Shown here: positions 1-13,205 of the stretch, in pieces
Numbering within the stretch: the stretch's first letter is position 1
Layout: each line of letters begins with the position of its first letter
Assembly: GCA_030141605.1 (NCBI GenBank)
Contig: JAQGDQ010000013.1
Location: 1,068,447 to 1,132,446 of the forward strand
Reading direction: 5' to 3'
DNA from: Tubiluchus corallicola
Taxonomy: Eukaryota; Animalia; Priapulida
Length of the DNA: 64,000 bases
Translations under genes and position numbers: made by a program
Notes under the pieces: generated by a model
The model's database searches: none
What the model was told of the DNA's origin: nothing
The model's input: only the letters and a program-made list of their open reading frames with translations

Positions 1-59
1 TATTAAAGGTTATAAAAAGATGTGAAACAGGCAAAACAAGCATGATGGGCTAAAGATGC

Positions 60-1107
60 AGTTATATTTACAGACAGGTTAGGTGGGATGGCATCCTGAT
101 GGTAGAAACAGCAGAGGGTGCTAGTGCTCTGATGTCTAGAAGTGGTTTCTCTGATATTCGGTGAAAGTTTTTTCCACAAGCGTATTGCTCTGGGGTAGAA
201 ATATAAATAAATATTGACTCTTGCTGCTGGCTGACAAATTTGTTGTTATCCTTGAGAGATGGGGTGACATAAGTTGTTAAATTTATGCCTATCCTGTGAT
301 GCACAATATCATGCAAAATGTTCAGCATCGTTTGTCATAATCTAATTTCTAGTGTTTGCCACTCCAGTTTGGAGATCATCTTAGATACTTCAGCGTTTCT
401 GGTATATTGATTTCGTACAAATCGTGCTGCATTTCGCTAGACTTGCTCGATGTCAGTAATTGTGTACGGGTTCCAGGCTGCGATACTATATCCTAGTTTG
501 GGTCTGACCAGGGCTTGATATGCTCTTTCTTTGATTTGTTGATGACATTGATGTAGTGTTCTGCAAATGACATTAAGTGTCCTAGTTGCGCGAGTGACAA
601 TTTCCTAGCAGTGCTCACACTAAGAAGATTTGTGCTGATAGTAATGTCCAGGTATGGGTGTGAAGGAACATGCTGTAGGGTTTTGTCTCCCATGCTGTAA
701 GGAAAATAATTGAGAAATAGTCAAGACTTTGCATTTATCAATGTTGAAGTCCATAAGCCAATTTTCACCTATACATGTAGCTGTGAGAGATCTTGTTGTA
801 GAATATGGTGATCTTGAATACTCCATATAGGTCTGTAGAGAATCAAGTCATCACTAAATAGTCGGATAGTAGATGATACATTGTCACCGATGTCATTTAT
901 ATATAGCCGGTCCAAGGAGGGACCTTGTGGGACTCCTGATGTAACATTTATGGATTTGGAATGAATACCATTGGCAGAGACCTTCTGCATCCGCTTAGAC
1001 GGAAAAGATTTGATCCATTGTAGCATATGGCCTCTGATATCATAGAATACGAGGTTAGCTAAGAGACGCTGGCGTGGGACCTGGTCTAAAGCTTTGCTGA
1101 AGTCCAG
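60..1107 (-). mobile_element. Decayed CR1/L2-group LINE, RT domain and C-terminal region (frameshifted, 5'-truncated)
   Basis: Minus-strand frames give LDFSKALDQVPRQRLL, LQWIKSF..RMQKV, VTSGVPQG, RLFSDDLILYRPI (YADD-type motif), WLMDFNIDKCKVL and AWNPYT, in the order expected for a non-LTR RT ORF. Broken by stops and frameshifts. Ends where a MITE begins at about 1108. Confidence 0.9.
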
Positions 1108-1300
1108 TGGCTGACTAGGCTATAGCCTAGGGCGCCAAAGTTTGAGGGCTTCCAATTTTAATAAAATCTTTTTCTCCTCGAAAAATGTGTATCCGTTCAT
1201 ATTCACGTAAAACAAGCATTGTATAACACACTACATGCAGCCATATAACGACAAGTATAATGTATTACTCAACAAGCAGTTCCCAGCCTAGCTAACAGGA
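1108..1300 (+). mobile_element. Truncated copy of the hAT-like MITE family (see 31196 and 54634)
   Basis: actaggctatagcctag...ttctcctcgaaaaatgtgtat...aacaagcagttcccagcct aligns with the interior of 31196-31584 and with the reverse complement of 54634-55035. Confidence 0.7.
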
Positions 1301-1766
1301 AGATTTTAACAATATTTGTTTTATTAGTAACACGTTTAAACGATGCTAATTTTAATAATTATTTATCTTAAAAAATCTTAAAAAACACAATTATGTAAGT
1401 AGCCTTGGCTCTTTGTGCTTTTATTCGTGATCTTTTAACTAGCCATTTTTGTCAGTAAAATTTATAACAGTACTATATTAGACATTTCGTTATTCTGTTT
1501 TCTAAATTTGTCAGTTTTTAAACGAAATATATAATTTTTTGCTGAACTTATAAAGATTTTTATTTTTAAAAATTATGGTTACGTTCTCATTTTGACTGGT
1601 TCAACGTAAGTGAAATAAATATAAAAAATTTTTAATGCGTGACACATACACGTGCCATGCAGTTTTTGAGTATGTAGGCTTATATGCTCTTGCTATATCG
1701 TCATCATACATAAAAAATTTATTTTCTTATAAAAGCAATTACCATGGGCAGCCAAATGTCTCAGCA

Positions 1767-2040
1767 AAAACATCGCTCATTTTGAAACCTTCATTGATTC
1801 TGAAAACTTCACTCATTCTGAAAACTTCTCTCATTTTGAAATCTTCGCCGATTTTGAAAACTTCTCTAATTTTGAAAACTTCACTCATTTTGAAAACTTC
1901 TCTCATTCTGAAAACTTCACTCATTTTGAAATCTTCACTCGTTTTCAAAACTTCACTCATTTTGAAATCTTCACTCGTTTTCAAAACTTCACTCATTTTG
2001 AAAACTTCTCTCATTCTGAAAACTTCACGCATTTCGAAAA
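1767..2040. repeat. 18-bp minisatellite, about 15 copies (consensus aaaacttcactcattttg)
   Basis: Direct tandem periodicity of 18 nt; accounts for the KTSLIL / FKMSEV pseudo-ORFs. Confidence 0.95.
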
Positions 2041-2975
2041 TAAGTGTTATTATGCAATGGTGACCAGCTGTGCTACGTGGGCTTTCTTTACACATATTAG
2101 GCTTAGTGATAAGTACTACATGAGTACTTAGTACTACATGATAAGAAGTACATCTTACCAATCTGGCAACAACTTTTGTGAAATGAATATGGTATACATA
2201 AGCTTGTACATGCCCAGGTGGCTGTCAAAAAGTTTATACGTTTATAGCATTTCAGAATTACAGAAACATAGACTTATATAGAGATCATCAACGTCTCTTA
2301 TCGATGAAAGCAACCTGACGTAAATGAAACAGTAAAAAGTTGTTTGCAAGCCTAAATAGAATTATTTCCCATCATTTATAGAAGCAAGAAACGAGCAGTT
2401 TTTATAAATTCATTATTAGTTCGGCTGGAGTTAGCATTGGTCGTTGTTACGTTTACTCAACGTTGTAACAATTTGTAATTGAATAATTGGAAATAACAAT
2501 GCGACAAGATTACTATTTCGTCTTGATGAGGTAACTCTAGCGTGAAAAACACTATAAGTGCTGCAGAAGTGCTCCACCAATTTTAGTTCACAAATCAGTC
2601 TGTTGCAAGTTTACTTTACCACGTCAAGCGTTTTTCAGCGTTTACAATACCTAAACTTTTTTACCGCATGGAAAAGCTTTTGCGGGATCTTTATAATTAT
2701 TGCCGGAGTACATGTTATAAATACGCCCGACTGTTGGGTAAGCTCTTTGAGCTGAAAGCTGCACTGTGCTGTCATCTGGCAACGAAAATAATACGAAAAC
2801 AATTTATGCTTCTTTTAATATACTGGTTTGCAGCAAATCAGATAGAGACGCTACAAGCAAGTTCACACAGGTGCTGCCACCTACAGGGTAAGGCCAGAAA
2901 CTGACCTTAACAAATGTATTCTAGTCCGGTTTCTTTTAAAACACAAAAAAAACGTTCAATGAATATAATCTTGTG

Positions 2976-3085
2976 GGTGACTGGTAATAAAGTCACAGGA
3001 GAAAGTCACGATTTTCGCTAGGGTTAGGGCTAGGGCTAGGATCAGGTTTAGGGTTACGGTTATTTCTTTGTTCCTGTGACATTTT
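2976..3085. mobile_element. Partial copy of a TIR element with internal TTAGGG-like repeats
   Basis: ggtgactggtaataaagtcacagga...gctagggttagggctagggctagg...ttcctgtgac matches the complete element at 38361-38562. Confidence 0.7.
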
Positions 3086-3214
3086 TAAATTTTTTACTTA
3101 CATTCAAAAACATTGTGATATAATACTACGTTCAAATATTGTGACATAATACTACGTAATTAAATTGCTGTACTACTTCTACTGCCCTAGACGATCTTTT
3201 TCAAGTATCAGAAA

Positions 3215-3385
3215 GATCTGATAACCTAGAACTTGTTATCGCAAATTCTTTCAGCTATGCAGGAGCTAAACTATGGAATAACCTACCCGATGAATACCTA
3301 CCGTGATGCCCCCAACTTAAAATCTTTTGTAAGTCTAATAAACAAATGGGACGGTATAATCTGTCACTGCCGATATTGTGCCTCA
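3215..3385 (+). mobile_element. 3' tip of an L2/Crack-like LINE ORF2
   Basis: NSFSYAGAKLWNNLPDE, then after a frameshift RDAPNLKSFVSLINKWDGIICHCRYC; fits the SFxYxGxKLWNxLP...SF...WxGxxCxCxxC C-terminus of CR1/L2-group elements. Confidence 0.7.
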
Positions 3386-5394
3386 GGAGAGTATCAAACT
3401 AACCACAATCTCATTTAAATACCGCATTCAAATCCCATATTTTATCATACCCTATATTTTATCGTAAAAACTCAATTGCAGATACCTTTAATAATTTTAA
3501 ACCTAGTAACTTAATACATTATTAATTTTACACAGTTTATGTTCAAATTCTCAACGCTCTATACCAGATTTGCTTGTTAGTTATCGAAGTTAACATTTTG
3601 TTTTTCATGTGCTTAGCACTAACAGATTAAGTTAACATTAATAAACAATTAAAATCAGACATTGATACTAGGTGTGAAAAAACCAACAAACGCGTAAGAA
3701 AACCTAAAAATATTTGTATAAGACGATGTTTGGTGAAAACGGCCGAAGACAACTGTAATAAATCACTTTTAAGAAGAAGAATGAATAATACACCGGAAGC
3801 TGTGTCCACTGTATTATAAGAAAGGAAACGGAAACGTCAGTCCCAGGAGAAAATGACTGTGATTTGTCTATTTCGCAAGCAAACTCCGAAAACGAAAATC
3901 AAACGCTAGTGAAACAAATCGGCACTTCCACGTCTCCTAAAACGAAAAACGCTAGCAATGACAATGCACCGACGGTAACAGAAACGACTGAGATCACTTC
4001 TAACCTTTCAAGCAGACACACACCAGCAAAGCACCAGCAGTACTGTTATTACCTCCACAGTAATACAAGTGCTAGAAAGTCAAATGATTAAGCTGGTGTG
4101 ATATTGTGTCACAACAAAACTGTCAGTTAAAGAAACTCGAACAGATAATTGAAACTAAAGTGACAGGGTTACAAACCGAATGCCATTGTGCACCAGGCAA
4201 AAACCTGTTCAGCTGGTGAATGAACAAGACAGTGAGGTTCACCTAAGAAATGATTTGAGTGAAAAAAGTCAAACATAGAATACTTTTTAGCATACAGTAT
4301 GGAAGGGAGTATTGACTTTGTAGAACTTGAAGAATATTAGACTGCTATAGGCTGGTTCACACTGGTGATAAAAACATACTATGAAATCGTGTGGACTGTG
4401 AAAGACTTTTATTAATATTTCGACATTGCACTGTTATTTACACACATGATGTACATTCAATAGCTCAAGGAGGAAGCAAGAAAGTCCAGGCTTAGGCCTT
4501 GACAGAGCTACCCAAATCACATGTACCCACTCAGTTTACCTGATTGGCTAGTAAAGCACACTAGCAATCAACACTACCGTATATTTGAAGCCCAGCAGGT
4601 ACAGGTGACTGAGCAGCACTAACCAAGTCCACAATCTGGACTAAACTTGACTCAAGTAATGAGTAATGCTAACTGTAGGTGGCAGCACATGTTATTATAA
4701 TGATACTTTAAATTAAAAGTCGCAAATGAAATGTGCGACAACAAAATTGTATTTCGCATAAAGAATGAGAACGTGAAATATGAATCACGGGTACTACAGT
4801 TAGAATCAGATTTGTCAGATGTCAAAAAGCTGCTGTAATATGCATGAACTAATGTACATTGTACGCTTTAGACATACTTGCATAGGAGGCATATAAGATT
4901 AATAAGTCTTTTACCACTTATATTGTAGAGGAATTAAAGCAAAGAGTGCGCCTGTAATACTAACTGATTTGTCAAAAACGTACCGTGTAAACAGGCCCTT
5001 AGACACTATGGAATGTAACAGACTCTGATAGCTGCACTAAAATTATAGCAAAAGCAACCTTCCTCTCTCACGATATGATGCAACTTCCATCTGTTATACA
5101 GCTGATACAATTTTTATAATGAAATTTGCAAAATTAAAAAAATGAATCTGGCAAAAATTGATTGTCCAAATAAAATTACACTAGTAACAACCTTCAATAG
5201 TTTGACGTTCCAACGTATCACCAAAATATCAAATAGATTACGGCACCTTCTAGTTTGCTGAGCAGGTACAACTGATTTTTTATGTAGGCTTAAACCTGCA
5301 AGGAATAGTTTCACTTTAACTGTGACCAAACTGCTTTTGTTTGTCTCTTGTGCGCTTTTCTCGTATTAGAAATTATAAAATTGTTTCCAAACAT

Positions 5395-5458
5395 TCATTA
5401 TTATTATTGTTGTTGTTGTTATTATTATTATTACTATATTGTTATTATTATTATTATA
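5395..5458. repeat. (TTA/TTG)n microsatellite
   Basis: Seen directly. Confidence 0.9.
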
Positions 5459-7552
5459 ATCAATATGCAAAATCTTTAAACCGGATAAACCTGATTGAGG
5501 ACAATGCTTGTTTACAACAAGGTCCTGGGTAAACAAGCAGGATTCAACAATTATCATAGAGTAGATACTTAAAAAACAAATTTGCAAAACTTCCCAGCTT
5601 GAACACTACTGTTTAACTAGATGAGTTTACAGTTAACACATGTAGCTAAAATCGTTAAATTGTATTATTTAACAAACTCTTGACGCATCTCCGTAAAATT
5701 AAGTATACTTCCAATGTTTAAAAGAAAACGTCATCTTAGAAATGTTTTTGACTTGATTTTTAAACGCTCTGACATTTGCACAATTTGATTCTAAATTACT
5801 GATGGCCATGACTGGCCAAAGTCAGTTCTAACTCTAAGTAACGGCAATTCATAGTCACGTTTGTGTTTACTGGTGTCATAGTCATGACCTGTGAGAAAAT
5901 ATCAGTATAAGTATGATATTGCTATTCAATGAAAATAATTATGTATTAATATAGAAAAGTGAATTTTGTGTCTTATAATAGTTAATAGTTAAATGCGCTC
6001 ATGTTAATTAGCTTTTTTAAGTGTGTTGCTAGCTTTATTCTTTAGTATTAGCTAACAAGATGTTAATTAGTTGCAGTTAATTAGCCTTGACTATAGCTAA
6101 CGACTATAGTTATTACTAACCACACACTTAGTAATAAACTAGTTGCTGTCAAAATCGAGAAACATCGTAATGAGAAGTAATTAAAGAAATCTTAATTAAA
6201 ACTAAAACAGAAACTTTTATCATCATGATAAGTGTATGATTTCTATTGAGATTTTTATTGCTGCAATAATTGTCTGGTTTACAACCATCACGAATCAGAT
6301 ATGAGTATTCCATCGTGCAATTTGTGTGGTCATGGCTGTTAAATTTCATTGAGCCTGTTGTCAACAGATCGATGCTTGTGCGCATGCGTCTTCCAGTTGG
6401 CCAGGTTACTTATTTTACAGCATCGATCTACTCTGCCCAAGTGTGGCTTAGTCGATGATCTCAGGCAATTCCCATTTTCTGCAATGTTTGAATATTCGTG
6501 ATATGCAGAAGCAAACAGCATATGTTAGAGCACCTGTGTTGCAATGGTAAGAGTTAGATTTTTTTACATGATTGGCATTTAAAAGATAGACATCCAGGAA
6601 GCAAATCGGATCTGACATTCTAAGAACGTGAGCTAGGTGATCTATGTGAAACGACGTGGTTTCAGCGGCTTCATAAATGTTTCTACACACCCCTTTAGAA
6701 AAATATAGTCGTGAAAGACAGATTACGTTCATTAATGATTACGTTGATCAGGCTTTGCATCCATCATTATTCATAAAGATTTGTAATGCAATTCGAAATA
6801 TCGTAAAATCGCAATGAATCAATGTTTGCGGATTTGACTTTGATTTAGTGTATGCTCGGTTTATTGATGTAATCATTTCACTGGTGTTTATATTAATGTG
6901 ACCCTTGAGCGTCAGTTTATTATGGAACAGAAGCTAACCGTCATTTGTTATGACTAGACACTAGCCGTTTGCATCACTTTAATTATTATTGAAACAATTA
7001 AAACTATGAATTTTTCAAACAGGCTTAAGTTTATAGCGCTTGATTTTTCTTGAAATTAGACGTGACCACATTATTAATAGCTGGTCTCGCCATCTGCTAA
7101 AATTATTAATGTAAACTACTACCTTTGAAAAAGCTAAGTACAGTGACACGCATATGAATATTTTTATATTGCCCGATATAATCATCAAGACCACTATTAT
7201 GCCACCTTCTTTTGAAAGTAATACAAATACTACGAAATAAAAATGCATTTGAAAAGACTAAAGTTAGGCAGCTGTCCTAGGATTCTATGTAGCTCATTGC
7301 GCCACGAAGGTAAATATTTTTTCTAATCGCGTAATTCTAGTTCATCCACTAATGTAACTCAATAAGTTTGCTAGCGGAAACATTCAAAACAAAAAATTAT
7401 TATAGATTGGGCATTGTAAGAGCTTTAAAAATTAGGCTGTCTAAGCCTGTCTTATTGATACATTTCGTACAGTATGAAATTCGTACTTTGCACTTTCTAA
7501 TAAATAATTTTTAGGTTTTATAAATTTAAATTTAGAAATTTATAATTTTATA

Positions 7553-7775
7553 AATAGATAGATAGATGGATGGATGGATGGATGGATGGATGGATGGATG
7601 GATGGATGGATGGACGGACGGACGGACGGACGGACGGACGGACGGACGGACGGACGGACGGACGGACGGACGGACGGACGGACGGACGGACAGACAGACA
7701 GACAGAGAGATAGACAGACAGACAGACAGATAGATGGACAAACGGACAGATAGACAGACAGACAGGCAGGCAGGC

Positions 7776-7831
<56 letters not shown>

Positions 7832-7990
7832 GGACGGACGGACGGACGGACGGATGGATGGATGGATGATGGATGGATGGATGGATGGATGGATGGATGG
7901 ATGGATGGATGGATGGATGGATGGATGGATGGATGGATGGATGGATGGATGGATGGATGGATGGACGGACGGACGGACGGATAGACGGAC

Positions 7991-8045
<55 letters not shown>

Positions 8046-8090
8046 TAGATGGACAAACGGACAGATAAACAGACAGACAGACAGGCAGGC

Positions 8091-8122
<32 letters not shown>

Positions 8123-8270
8123 GGACGGACGGACGGATGGATGGATGGATGGATGGATGGATGGATGGATGGATGGATGGATGGATGGATGGATGGATGG
8201 ATGGGTGGGTGGGTGGGTGGGTGTGTGGTTGGATGGGTGGGTGGGTAGGTAGGTAGGTAGGTAGGTGGAA

Positions 8271-8305
<35 letters not shown>

Positions 8306-8314
8306 TAGATAGAC

Positions 8315-8350
<36 letters not shown>

Positions 8351-8371
8351 TTAGATAAATATAGACAGATA
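7553..8371. repeat. Compound tetranucleotide microsatellite (GATA/GGAT/GGAC/AGAC/GGGT/AGGT)
   Basis: Seen directly, about 820 bp; source of the SIHP/SVCL/MDGW pseudo-ORFs. Confidence 0.98.
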
Positions 8372-9134
8372 AAATCTTTATTTGCCAATTAAAAACTTAC
8401 GTATACAAAATAAAAATACGTTGCACATAAGAAATGTATCTTTCACACCGAAGTCAGCATGCCAGTCAATGATACACAACGTATGCGACTGACTCAACAT
8501 TGGCAACAGCGCCATCTACAACTAATATTATGCAAAGAACTACAATATTATAGAATTACTGGAAATTAACAAAAACTACGATATACAGGTTATTTACAAA
8601 ACGTTGCATATTTACAGAATTAAGAGAATACTAAGATGACGAGTATGGACAAAATTAGTTACTAAGGTATAATAATCAGTAATGTTCTGTATCATACGAT
8701 GTCATTGGTAAGAAGATGTCTATTTTAGGCACTTTGGGGAAGTTATTATAGTACTAAAGTAGTCCTTCTCTACAACAATCAGTAGTAGTCTATATGATAA
8801 TAAATAGTTATTAAGTTCAGGATCGTGGAAGAATATAAGAACTGTCAGTATGCTTATCATCAAAACCAATACCTTAAAATAGGCCTGCTGGCAATTCTTA
8901 TAATTTTCGACCATCCTGTATTTAATAGCTACTATTGATGAGTGCCAGGGAGAAGGATTACTTTGTTACTGTTATAATTTCCCCAAACTGCCTAAAATAG
9001 ACATCATGTAGTTACAGAATATGACACATGATTTTGATAGGCCTACTGACAATTTTTATATTCTTCCACGACCCCGAATTTAATTGCTATTTATTATCGT
9101 ATAGACTATTTCCATTTTTCATGGAATGCAACTG

Positions 9135-9476
9135 TAATAAGCCTTTTCACAGTTTCTCGTTGTGCGCACGCACAATTGCTGTAGGTCAAAGTTGGAGTAA
9201 CATGTGGAGGAAAACCATCTGCTGTATCAGTTGTTTTACATGGAATTTACTTACTGATGCATTAGTTTGTGGTAGAATGATTTATTAGCAGGATCTTGCT
9301 TGGGAATAAGAAGAAATGAACTAGATAAGGTTCTAGCCAGTTGTTAAAACTGTTACTATTACAGTAGCATGGGCTCCAAGGCGTTGTCAAGTGTACACAA
9401 ATGCGTTTTCTGGTACACTTAAACTTTGCCCTTTTCACGATCACCATCAATCGCTGGAACTGTGAATGGCTTATTG
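9135..9476. mobile_element. MITE with about 20-bp TIRs (copy 1)
   Basis: Starts taataagccttttcacagtt and ends aactgtgaatggcttattg (inverted match); colinear with 62379-62768. Confidence 0.85.
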
Positions 9477-11456
9477 TAACTGTGACTGTAGTTTGGAATG
9501 ACATAGATGTTTTATCCATAGCTTAAAAATAAATAATTTTGTTGATGCCTGTGTGTGTGTCGCAGATGCGAGCATTTAATTTTCAGTTTATTATTAATTT
9601 TGATTTGTAGTTTTAAACTTTAGTTTTTCATTACCACTAAGTCAGTGCTGACATCTGTTAGTACACTTTGAGGTTTTCAATATATCTTATGTACTTGCTA
9701 CTGCTGTATGTTTGTATGTAAATTTTCTACTTGGCTTCTCTGTGAATGTAGTCGTTTTTCACACTTCGTAGCAAGATTAGAGGACGGCTAATAGGCTTAA
9801 ACAGTTGTGTGGTTATAAGAACCTTTTGATTCAAGTGCCATGGTATATTGGCTGATGGATTGACTTTAACTTTTCTTTACTACTGTTGATTATGTTCACC
9901 ATTTTTGTGTATATGTAGATTGACTATGAGACTGTGACTTTGAGTAAAATACAGATTACAAGGCTAAACCATGTTTTCATCCATTGATATCATCTGTTTA
10001 ACACGAATTTCAAAAACTGTCTGATAAACTTGCCAATGTCTGTCGTTGGCTCTCCCCAAAACACCCTAGCGACAACTTTAGCTTCACGACAGTGTGCCTT
10101 CATGTGCAGAAACGCTTGTTGATTATCAGTCAGTAACTGTAGACTGTTCAGAGTTTCCCAAATTGCTCAGTCAGTTAATTCAATTTTATGTAATATGCTT
10201 ACTTAATAAATAATAATATTATATTATAAATGCAACGCTGAACACAAAAAACACTAAAATTATTCAGAAAGTTTTTTAGCTTTTGCCTTTGAAAAACCTG
10301 CAGCGTTGTATAGGTGTTATGCCATAAACGTGTCAAGGCATAACACTGTCATAGCTTATCCCGAGTTCCCGAGTATTGCAATGCTAAAGCAAAACCGGAC
10401 CCAATGTTAAAATGTAGATAGAAACAATCTACTCTTTAAAAAATTGAATATATTCTTTTAAAGAATGCCTTACGTGAAATAATTATTACCATACAAATGC
10501 AACCATGGTTTGCGCCCCTAGTTCTTCACTGCTACATGCATTTCGTTATTGGCTGGTTAAACGGACACTAGCACCTGCATTTCAGGAACGCATTGCACAT
10601 AAACCAGGTGCTGTACCTCTCAGTTCAGATGTGTTAGTTTGTCACGAACTGCACACGTTCAACAGCTCATGCGTGAGTGCAGCGGTAAATTTGAAATTTG
10701 AATTTTTATTTTAAAACTGCGTAGTCTTAGTACAGCACACTGAATATCTTACACTGGCACTGTACTTCAATTTTCGCTTTCACAAACATGTGCAACATGC
10801 TCATGGAACACTTTTGATGTTGTAAACTATGTTAGTTTGTGATGTTTTCAATAGTTTGGCTCGCCCGCCGTTAATTAAAATTTTAATCTATTGTTTAATT
10901 ATCTGAAACACTTTTGCAGTATTATTGGTGTTAAAATATATACTTTTTACCGTACTTAAGAATGGGGTAATAAGTGAAAAATCATCCTGTCTTCCTTTAA
11001 AGTTTCCTTTAAGACTGCATGGCTCTACGCTTGTGCCTCAGGTGCATATGCAGTTGGCTATGTAAATAGAAGTTCTTCTGATCCGTGTAATAGCTTCCCA
11101 CGAGAGGTTAATTTTCTTCACATAGACTCAGGTGGTTTGTCGCAAATATGGTCATGGCTTTTTAAAGCTCGCTACAGAGCACGGGCTTGGCAAGAAATTT
11201 TGACAGAAAGGACTGCAAGCAAAATTTCTCAAAAGGTTTCGTCCATCTTGTTTAATTACTAGTTTTTATGTTTGCTTGGGGACTAAATCCTACGTGAAAT
11301 GAATGATTTCTCCCTAACGTGACACTACGTTGAGTCAACGCATAATTGACCATCGGTGAATCAAAGTACTGCACATTGTAGTCATCTATTGTTAACATTG
11401 GTTTTGTCACTCATAAGATGGTCAATTTGCGTATCATGTTTATCCATCGCAGCCAC

Positions 11457-11580
11457 TATAAACTTATTCATATAGAATGCCTTAGAAATCTCTCTCCTCT
11501 TTTATCTGCACAAGATTGCATTGAACAGCTATCTGCTTGGTAGGACTATAGGCTTTCTATGCCATGCTTATAAAGTAAGC
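11457..11580 (+). promoter_or_regulatory. Candidate TATA box and non-coding first exon of the FN3 gene
   Basis: tataaa at 11457-11462 and a donor aaa|gtaagc at 11574/11575. The FN3 coding exon has an acceptor just before its ATG, so an upstream exon is expected, but this pairing is unproven. Confidence 0.3.
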
Positions 11581-12389
11581 GTTCTTGATTAATTCCTTAT
11601 ATTTTTTATTGGCATTTCTGTTTGATTTTTATGTTAAATGTAACAAATAAGCCTATGCCATGTTTTGCATGGACGTTGGTCAGTAGTCAGGTCATATACT
11701 GGTATGGTCAGGAAATGTCCTCAAGTACCTCTAGAAATTTCCGCACTTTTCTAACAACATTTAGTAAAAGGTTTTACTTTTGCCAGGCTTAGTTTGACCT
11801 TCAATGATTTGACCGTTTTTGAACGTTCAAGAAACTTTGTTGTCATGGTAACTAGTACAGCTAGGCCTATTATTTATTCTAAGAACCGTTCACTAAAAGC
11901 GTTTATTTATTAAACATGTTAAAATGGAATATAAGGTGCTCAAAGCAGCGTTTATATTTTTCAACTCAGCTGAATTTTTCTTGTAGTTTTGCGTCTTTGA
12001 GATCATATTTCCTACAGCTTTCGACTTCATCCCCTGGCTCCTGTTTAAAATTGTAGACAAGGTTAACTCCCTTCATCAAATAATTAGGAATAAAATAGTC
12101 AGCACAGCTTTCTCATTGTAATTATTAATAATGTTATTATTGTTTATTCTTGTTATAAGTACAATCTTGGTGTCGTTGTCAACAAGGAATGGGATGAGTG
12201 AATTAAAGGGTAGGTAGCGGAGGTGCGCGGTATTAACATTGTTATTATTGTTGTTGTGGATATTTGTATGAAAGAAGTCTTAATGAAAATCCACATGTGC
12301 TCATTTGAGTTGTCATAACGTTCCATGTAACTATTTTCACACGTTTACAATATTGCCGATTTTATTACAGGTACATAGAAATAAATTAT

Positions 12390-12775
12390 AAATTAAAAAC
12401 AACACAACTTTATTAAAAACTTTTACATTAAAAAGTTAAAATCATGCCAGACGTTTCGACTGTCTGCTGCTGTCATCATCAGTGGTAAATTTACAAACAT
12501 ATGAGTACTTTATATAGACAGAGCCTGTTAACAGAAGCCAAATAGGTATTGAGTAAACAGATTTAAAGAAAAAAAATTGATACAGTGTTTGAGAATAAAG
12601 TTAAAGGAATTGAACTGCTTTGTACATTAAGAGAGGGCTTATTAGGGTACATAGATAAACTTTCTTGTATTAATAAGTCCCAGTTATTTGTGGCTGTGGT
12701 TACAATGCTGAAATTATTGAAATCAGCTTTGTGGCCAGAGGCACAAATATGGTTATTATTGCGGGATTGCTGAAT
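12390..12775 (-). mobile_element. Penelope-like retroelement 3' fragment (end of GIY-YIG endonuclease plus downstream non-coding region)
   Basis: Minus strand reads NHICASGHKADFNNFSIVTTATNNWDLLIQESLSMYPNKPSLNVQSSSIPLTLF, the H..GH...F.NF.I....LLI.ESL....KP.LN pattern of Penelope GIY-YIG domains, followed by a hammerhead motif and AATAAA. Confidence 0.85.
12447..12485 (-). ncRNA. Minimal type I hammerhead ribozyme motif
   Basis: Minus strand CCA-CUGAUGA-U-GAC(agcagcagaca)GUC-GAAAC-GUC-UGG: both core boxes, stem I CCA/UGG, stem II GAC/GUC, palindromic ACGU at stem III, GUC cleavage triplet. Lies where Penelope-like elements are known to carry minimal hammerheads. Confidence 0.75.
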
Positions 12776-13039
12776 TTTTAATTTTTGCCAGTTCTACTTC
12801 TAGACGAAACACACAAATGTGCACAAATTCTTACTTTTACTTTTACAATTATAGACATTGACATAGACGTAGACATAGACATAGTCATAATACTACTAGT
12901 ATACACAAAACACAAACGTTTCCTTTCTTCTTTGCACAGGCTACAGGTTAGTTAATCAATTAGCACAACAAGTTTGCAACTGTACTTATGTTCAACTGAA
13001 CATACAAATCTAAATAATGCACTTGAAATAAAGCTTAAA

Positions 13040-13205
13040 AATGAAAAGTCTTTAGCCGCTATTGAATGCGTTGATAGACGTGGGAACAAATGAAAATGTA
13101 AAACGATTCGTTGGCGTGAAAAACTTATTTAGTCTATTTAGTCTTATTTTGTGTGGGAGAAACGTAAATTCTTCATTTAGAGGATAAAAGTTGTCTGCCA
13201 TAAGG
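13040..13205 (-). mobile_element. 3' tip of a Rex1/Babar-like LINE
   Basis: Minus strand ADNFYPLNEEFTFLPHK...TNRFTFSFVPTSINAFN resembles the HPLxxxFxxLP...TxRFxxSFxPxxIxxLN end of this clade. Confidence 0.55.

Noticed and set aside
3600-4400. Purine-rich stretch with a 75-aa Thr/Ser-rich ORF
   Set aside because: No recognisable domain or splice structure; may be a decayed repeat but cannot be supported.
7532-8388. ORFs of 64-282 aa (SIHP/SVCL/MDGW repeats)
   Set aside because: Translations of tetranucleotide microsatellites.
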